Shown: one piece after another, positions 59,701 to 64,000 of the stretch
Numbering within the stretch: position 1 is the first letter of the stretch
Layout: every line of letters begins with the position of its first letter
Assembly (NCBI GenBank): GCA_038064975.1
Contig: JBBTRX010000002.1
Span: forward strand, 193,278 to 257,277
DNA length: 64,000 bases
Direction: 5' to 3'
From: Patescibacteria group bacterium
Lineage (GTDB): Bacteria > Patescibacteriota > Minisyncoccia > UBA6257 > 1-14-0-10-40-38
Made by a program: the position numbers and the translations under genes
Notes under the pieces: model-generated
What the model was told of the DNA's origin: nothing
Database searches by the model: none
The model's input: the letters and a program-made list of their open reading frames with translations, nothing else

Positions 59701-60340
59701 TGAGACGACGTACAGTGGTAACCCGAGCGATAAGATGCTCTACCGCTTCTCCGTAACCGCACCTTCAACAGGATCTGTTGGACTCTATAAGTTCACCTTC
59801 AGCGTAGCTACATCAACCACAGGATTGCCTACGTTTGCAATCACTGGCCTTCAGGCATATGGCTATTCTGATTCTGGATTCTCAACGGGTGCATACGGCA
59901 GTCAAGGCGGACTCTTGAATGTTGCAACGACCAATATCAATGATGGAACTGGACTCTTCGGCATTACCTTTGACCCAGTTGGTCAAGCTGGTACCGCAGA
60001 AGCAATCCAAATTCTAGCAGGTAGCACTCGCTACTTCCAATTGATTGGAGACTTCGCAAATTCAAGCGCTACATCGTCAAGCGTTACAGTGAATCTTCAG
60101 GGAGATGTCTATTACTTCAAGGCGGCTAACGACGGCGATACCTTTACAGGTAGCGGCGCAGGCCAATATGCCTTTGCAACGACAGCAGCTCTCGTAGACG
60201 CTGATCCGAACGATGACTTTATCTGGTCAGACAATGCTACAACGACATCCGGCGTAGCAACGTATGATTGGGTAAACGGCTTCCAAATTCCTGGACTTCC
60301 AGCGACCAATCTTGGCGGCGAAAACATTAATGCGAACTAA
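56738..60340 (+). CDS. giant secreted surface protein (1200 aa): signal peptide, peptidoglycan-binding domain, (GT)n linker, long beta-rich repeats
   Basis: PG_binding_1-like segment LTVGMTGADVKCLQQYL.... The motif SGTGTGTGTGTGTGTGSTG is present. The remainder is T/S/G/A-rich. Confidence 0.7.
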   Translation: MSIKAKIFSVVFSVLMVFALSGASFATPVAHGQSASDLQSQINALLAQLNAMQGGSSSVACNFTRSLTVGMTGADVKCLQQYLNGAGFTVSASGAGSAGNESTFFGMLTKAAVSKWQAANGVAPAVGYFGPISQAKYTTLAAGSGTGTGTGTGTGTGTGTGSTGTGLMVSLSGNQPANGIFGESFNSRPFTALNFTAGSSGDITVQSVTVERTGLSNDAVFSGIVLLDENGIRITDSKTFGSDHTAKFTNKFIVKAGQTRTVWIAGDSDSDQDAYNGQTVSLTLKAVDGGSGVTVTGIPSTGLTGATHTVNSTLAIGSVTVERGTTDPGNGPTKEVGTTGYIFSALKLTVGSVEAVRVKVIKWYNTGSISASDLANVKILVGGTAYDAVVSADGKYYSAVIGSGLVLDKGATTELAIKADIVSGSNRSVDFDMNYLNDIVAVGETYGFGIAPTYTNSADSATDDDGTIQTATPQYDAYEVTVGAGALTIENSTTIAPSQNIAIGVQDQPLGGFKVTSKGEPVSVTQMVFRLSRWFGSGASASTQDITNVKLIRDDGVIVAGPVDIAASAATVTFSDTVEFPVGAYTYKLVGKLGTDFASDNTIAASTTPNSDWSSPKGVNTNQSITLTSATLTSQTMTVKSGALAVSTSPTPIAQTIVAGVQGFNLANFTFDTTASGEDVRLNSTQVEFNFGQANSNDDLTQCQLWDGTVALNTGTNVVNGANGDTTADDKTFTFDNSLTIPKGMVKTLALKCNTAATTTTAASTYNWTIEIPGDADDMVPSGIVSGTTITETYSDTTGQAITLSSGGSLAVNLDEASSPAVALAAGNTSNVALSAYRFTATNEDIKVTQIGLTLAGVASNTPQDLTKVTLWDGSIKIGEAVFTGDTATVTISNGVYPDFIVAKDTDRVLTIKGDIAKIGTSDPARPGHLVRVEIDAAAADSSGDTTRGIGISSGTTVYSSATSFTASGGVRIFKTVPIVAKISLPTSETTYSGNPSDKMLYRFSVTAPSTGSVGLYKFTFSVATSTTGLPTFAITGLQAYGYSDSGFSTGAYGSQGGLLNVATTNINDGTGLFGITFDPVGQAGTAEAIQILAGSTRYFQLIGDFANSSATSSSVTVNLQGDVYYFKAANDGDTFTGSGAGQYAFATTAALVDADPNDDFIWSDNATTTSGVATYDWVNGFQIPGLPATNLGGENINAN

Positions 60341-60361
60341 CATTCTTGAGGGTTAATTCGC

Positions 60362-60403
60362 AAAAACAATCACCCCCGCATAATGCGGGGGTGATTTGTT
60401 TTT
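60362..60403 (+). terminator. terminator AATCACCCCCGCAT/ATGCGGGGGTGATT plus T-run
   Basis: Seen in sequence. Confidence 0.65.
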
Positions 60404-60452
60404 AGTGTTGACTCATGTATATGGAACGTCTATGATATGTATCGTTGAATCT

Positions 60453-61154
60453 ATGAAAAATAAAATCCTACTCATAGGTATCGGGGGAGTCGTTATCGCT
60501 ATCGGTATTTTTTTGTTACCGACGTTTTCCAATAATGGAAAGAAGGAAAGTAATGATAGTAATGCATTGGAATTTGCGACGACAAGCAACAAAAACGATA
60601 GTAACGAAAAAGAGAAAGAGATTGTATATCCTAAATCCGGACAGGAAAAAAATATTGTGTTACCTGTTTACACCGGCGAGGATATTACAGCAATAGGGTC
60701 AGATCCTTTTATAGCCTCTCTCTCTCAGGAATTAAAAAATCAATACATTGGAGAGCTTAACGATTTAAAGTTAGTGGTAACAAATAATCCTAATAATTTT
60801 GACGCTTGGATGCGCATCGGGATTATTAAAGTTTTTTTTAATAACTACTTTGGTGCTCGAGATGTATGGGAGTACACAAGTATTATTTTCCCCAAAAACT
60901 CTCTATCCTATCTTAATTTGGGGAATCTCTACTCCGCGCATTTGAAAGATAACCAAAAAGCTGAACAGAATTATCTACGGGCGATTAATAATGATCCGAG
61001 CCTCCCCCAGCTTTATGTGGCGCTTGCGGATTTTTATTGGACATTTGATGGGCAAAAAAAGGAGAAAGCAGTCGCAATTATCCAAGATGGTTTGAAGAGA
61101 ATTCCTGAAGACGTCTCACTTCTGAATGCCTTGAAATTTTATTCTGCACAGTAG
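60453..61154 (+). CDS. membrane-anchored TPR-repeat protein
   Basis: MKNKILLIGIGGVVIAIGIFL TM is followed by TPR-like helices. The start was trimmed to 60453. Confidence 0.55.
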   Translation: MKNKILLIGIGGVVIAIGIFLLPTFSNNGKKESNDSNALEFATTSNKNDSNEKEKEIVYPKSGQEKNIVLPVYTGEDITAIGSDPFIASLSQELKNQYIGELNDLKLVVTNNPNNFDAWMRIGIIKVFFNNYFGARDVWEYTSIIFPKNSLSYLNLGNLYSAHLKDNQKAEQNYLRAINNDPSLPQLYVALADFYWTFDGQKKEKAVAIIQDGLKRIPEDVSLLNALKFYSAQ

Positions 61155-62269
61155 ATCTGTTTCGTTTTTCTTATCATGGTTTCAAGTGAAAATTCTTCCA
61201 TAACTCTTTTTCGATTTATCTCGCCAGTTTCTCGCGCTTGAGGTTTGTCATGAGCTAACGCAATTATTTTCCTTGCAAGGATTTTCGCGTTCCGTATCGG
61301 GATAATATGTAAGGGATTTGAAATTGCTTCAGGCATTCCTCCAGTATTGGTTATAATTGATGGAATTTCTGCCGCCATAGCTTCAAGAAGTACATAGGGT
61401 AGCCCTTCTTTTATTGAGGTCATTGTAAAAATATCAAATGCTTTGAGATATTCTGCATCTTCCCCAGTCGGAGGAACGATAAAAAATCGATCATTCATTT
61501 TTAGATTTGAGATTTTAGATTTGAGATTTGATTTCTCCTTTCCTTCTCCAATGATGAAAAAATAAACATCCGGGACTAAAGCCGCAGTTCGAACAAGAGT
61601 TTCATAATCTTTTTCTTTTGTTAGGCGGCCGATTGAACCTATCCATATCCCATGAGTTGTTAGTTGTTGGTTGTTAGTTGTTAGCTTCTTGACGATTTCT
61701 TTTCGTGCATTATCTCTATCTAAAAAAGGTATATTGGGGTCAATCCCATTATGAATAGTGACCAGCTTATGGGGTGGGGCGATTCTATAGTGTAGGGCGA
61801 GGTCATGGTCATGTTGCGATACATTAATAATCACGTTTTGGAATAAAGCGGCAATGCGATGGAGTATTCTATAAAATAATTGTATAGGTTTTGCTACCGC
61901 ATTCGTTGGGTTGAAAACCCATCCGTGAGCGGTGAAAATAATTTTGGGACATGGGACGTGTGACGGGCGACAGGTAAACTTATACAGCCATCCAGCAAGG
62001 GAACCAATCACTCCAGCTTTAGAACTATTCAGATGGATGACGTTGGGTCTTTCTTTTCTGAAAATGCTCACGAGCTCAATAACTGCAAAAATATCGTTTG
62101 CAAAAAGAGCGAAAGGAAGCGTTCTATTAGAAAGCCATTTCACATCAACCCCTCCTCGTATGATTTTAGGATCAAAAACAGATTGATCTAATTTCCCTGC
62201 AAGATCAGCAACATATTTTTGTGCTCCTCCAGTATCCTGTTTTGTGATAACGTAAAGTATCTTTTGCAT
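61139..62269 (-). CDS. glycosyltransferase family 4
   Basis: GT-B fold with EX7E region EGLPYVLLEAMAAEIP. It contains in-frame low-complexity inserts (KSNLKSKISNLK; TTNNQQLTT). Confidence 0.75.
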   Translation of the reverse strand: MQKILYVITKQDTGGAQKYVADLAGKLDQSVFDPKIIRGGVDVKWLSNRTLPFALFANDIFAVIELVSIFRKERPNVIHLNSSKAGVIGSLAGWLYKFTCRPSHVPCPKIIFTAHGWVFNPTNAVAKPIQLFYRILHRIAALFQNVIINVSQHDHDLALHYRIAPPHKLVTIHNGIDPNIPFLDRDNARKEIVKKLTTNNQQLTTHGIWIGSIGRLTKEKDYETLVRTAALVPDVYFFIIGEGKEKSNLKSKISNLKMNDRFFIVPPTGEDAEYLKAFDIFTMTSIKEGLPYVLLEAMAAEIPSIITNTGGMPEAISNPLHIIPIRNAKILARKIIALAHDKPQARETGEINRKRVMEEFSLETMIRKTKQIYCAE

Positions 62270-62320
62270 GGCTTATTTCCATCTTTAGACTGTTTAATCT
62301 AACCTATCTACTATAGCGCT

Positions 62321-64000
62321 ATGTCACCAGTATCGTCTCGTATAGCAGTGTTTTCGCTTGCCTACGCCCCGCATGAAGCGGGAGCGGAAATTGCAGTACG
62401 TGAAATCATGGAGCGAATGCCTACTACTCATTTTACGGTATTCGCCCAAAGCTTTGATGCCTCGCTTCCAATACTTTCTTCGAAAGATAATATTAGCCTC
62501 CATCGCGTAGGTGCAGGGAAAAATATTTTTTCAAAGTTGCTTTATATTATGCGTGCCTGGCGCGCGGCAGAATCTGCTCACAAGAACGACCCATTTACGG
62601 CCGTTTGGGCTGTGATGGCAGCATATGCTGGAGGCGCGGCACTTCTTTTTAAACTTCGCCATCCGCGCATACCATTGCTTCTCACACTTCAGGAGGGGGA
62701 CTCTGAAAAACATATTCTCCGTCGTGTCTTTTTGTTCTATCCGCTTTGGCGCCTCATCTTTAAAAAAGCTGACCATGTACAGGCGATAAGTTCTTACTTG
62801 GCTGATTTCGCTCGCAGGCACGGAGCTGCGTGTCCTATTGATATTATTCCAAATGGAGTCGATGTGGAGAAAATAAAATCTCAAATATTAAATCTCAAAT
62901 CTGATGAGAAAAATAAAAAAGATTTTCGTATCATAACTACATCACGGCTTGTGAATAAAAATGGGATTGATACCCTTTTACGGGCAAGCGCTATTCTCAA
63001 GAAGAAAAATATTCCGTTTGAGCTATGGATAGTAGGAAGTGGTCCTGAAGAGAGAAGACTCAAAGCGCTTGCTGCAGAACTTGATCTTGAAGACAAGGTA
63101 GTATGGCACGGATCCGTCCCAGCGGAGGCTATTCCTTCGTATCTTAAAGCCGCTACGGTATTTGTGCGCGCATCCCGATCCGAAGGATTAGGAAATTCTT
63201 TTCTTGAAGCTATGGCTTCAGGGCTTCCGATTATTGGAACTCCTGTCGGAGGCATCCCCGATTTTTTGAAAGACGGAGAAACGGGATTATTTACAGATGT
63301 AGATGATTCTCACGATCTTGCATGGAATATAGAGCGCCTATTTGCCGATATTCATTTACGGAATCGCCTCATTGTGAATGGGCAAGCGCTTGTACGCGAT
63401 CAGTATTCTTGGAATTATGTTGTGAAAGAAATGCTAAATATATTTAGCACTCTTTGTGTGCGATATCGTATTATCATCGCATCGGGGATCGTGCCTCCTG
63501 AGATTGGAGGGCCGGCTTATTATGCGAAGGAGCTTTCTCAAGCATTAGAAATTCAAGGTAATAAGGCGCGATTGATTGCTTATGGACGTCTGAAACGCCT
63601 GCCAACCGGCCTACGGCATATCGCTTATAGTTTCAAGCTTTTATTTTCTCTCATTTTTTCTCGCCCCTCTTTTCTTATAGCGCTGGATACGTTTAGCGTT
63701 GGCTTTCCTGCGGTCCTTATGGGGAAGCTCATGGGCGTGCCGGTTATGGTCCGTACCGGAGGAGATTTCTTATGGGAGTTTTATGTAGAGCGTACCGGAG
63801 AAAAAATAATGCTCTCTGATTTTTATAGGCAACCTCGTGCATTTACGTTAAAAGAAAGAATTATTTTTCGCCTTACAGGGTGGACGCTGCTTCATGCGAA
63901 GTTCGTGATATTTAGTACTCCGTATCAGCGAGATATTTTTATCCCTGCTTACGGAATAAACGAATCACGTACGGCTATTATTGAAAATTGCTATGACGTC
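62321..64000 (+). CDS. glycosyltransferase family 4, apparently fused to a second GT4 N-terminal domain (open to window end)
   Basis: My own translation from ATG 62321 has no stop to the end of the window. It contains EGLGNSFLEAMASGLPIIGTP, then RIIIASGIVPPEIGGPAYYAKEL (a GT4 N-terminus). It is missing from the ORF track because it has no stop. Confidence 0.6.
   Translation, partial: MSPVSSRIAVFSLAYAPHEAGAEIAVREIMERMPTTHFTVFAQSFDASLPILSSKDNISLHRVGAGKNIFSKLLYIMRAWRAAESAHKNDPFTAVWAVMAAYAGGAALLFKLRHPRIPLLLTLQEGDSEKHILRRVFLFYPLWRLIFKKADHVQAISSYLADFARRHGAACPIDIIPNGVDVEKIKSQILNLKSDEKNKKDFRIITTSRLVNKNGIDTLLRASAILKKKNIPFELWIVGSGPEERRLKALAAELDLEDKVVWHGSVPAEAIPSYLKAATVFVRASRSEGLGNSFLEAMASGLPIIGTPVGGIPDFLKDGETGLFTDVDDSHDLAWNIERLFADIHLRNRLIVNGQALVRDQYSWNYVVKEMLNIFSTLCVRYRIIIASGIVPPEIGGPAYYAKELSQALEIQGNKARLIAYGRLKRLPTGLRHIAYSFKLLFSLIFSRPSFLIALDTFSVGFPAVLMGKLMGVPVMVRTGGDFLWEFYVERTGEKIMLSDFYRQPRAFTLKERIIFRLTGWTLLHAKFVIFSTPYQRDIFIPAYGINESRTAIIENCYDV

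Noticed and set aside
61531-62869. Domain-swapping shufflon between the two GT4 genes via the inverted AAATCTCAAAT repeats
   Set aside because: The repeats sit at non-equivalent positions of the two GT-B C-domains. Recombinant products would be truncated or duplicated. It was kept only as a low-probability inversion to test in reads.
62531-63255. Minus-strand ORFs 62531..62884 and 62881..63255
   Set aside because: They are antisense to the long open GT4 reading frame on the plus strand.

Overview
This 64 kb window is a compact bacterial chromosomal segment of roughly 50% GC, estimated by sampling 60-nt stretches. An AT-rich (~33% GC) island lies at ~28.9-31.7 kb. Short intergenic spacers, a short 4-domain ribosomal S1, three tandem TrbC/VirB2-like pilin genes and a giant surface protein make a CPR/Patescibacteria-like origin plausible; that is inference only. 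Housekeeping genes identified (in window order): recG, glgA-GH57-glgA, yraN, ftsH, an XerC/D-family recombinase, an SPFH protein, gyrA, rpsA, rpsO-pnp, comM, rpsT, holA, hppA, nusA, recA, ftsK, a frameshifted phosphohexomutase, cysteine desulfurase, htrA and clpB. There are four tRNAs: Lys-CTT, Val-TAC, an unusual Ile-TAT and Leu-TAG. The most striking feature is a 560-bp non-coding segment (9854-10409) carrying eight perfect copies of the canonical 16-bp parS palindrome TGTTTCACGTGAAACA. It is followed immediately by an array of CGGCAAT direct repeats ending in a 22-bp palindrome. Other points of note: a candidate structured RNA between two tRNAs; nested inverted-repeat elements; several families of short dispersed repeats, some inserted in-frame in coding sequence; a conserved terminator-promoter cassette; and a tandem triplet of secreted paralogs with a tail-fibre-like VGIGTxNP motif. 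No rRNA or CRISPR array was seen.
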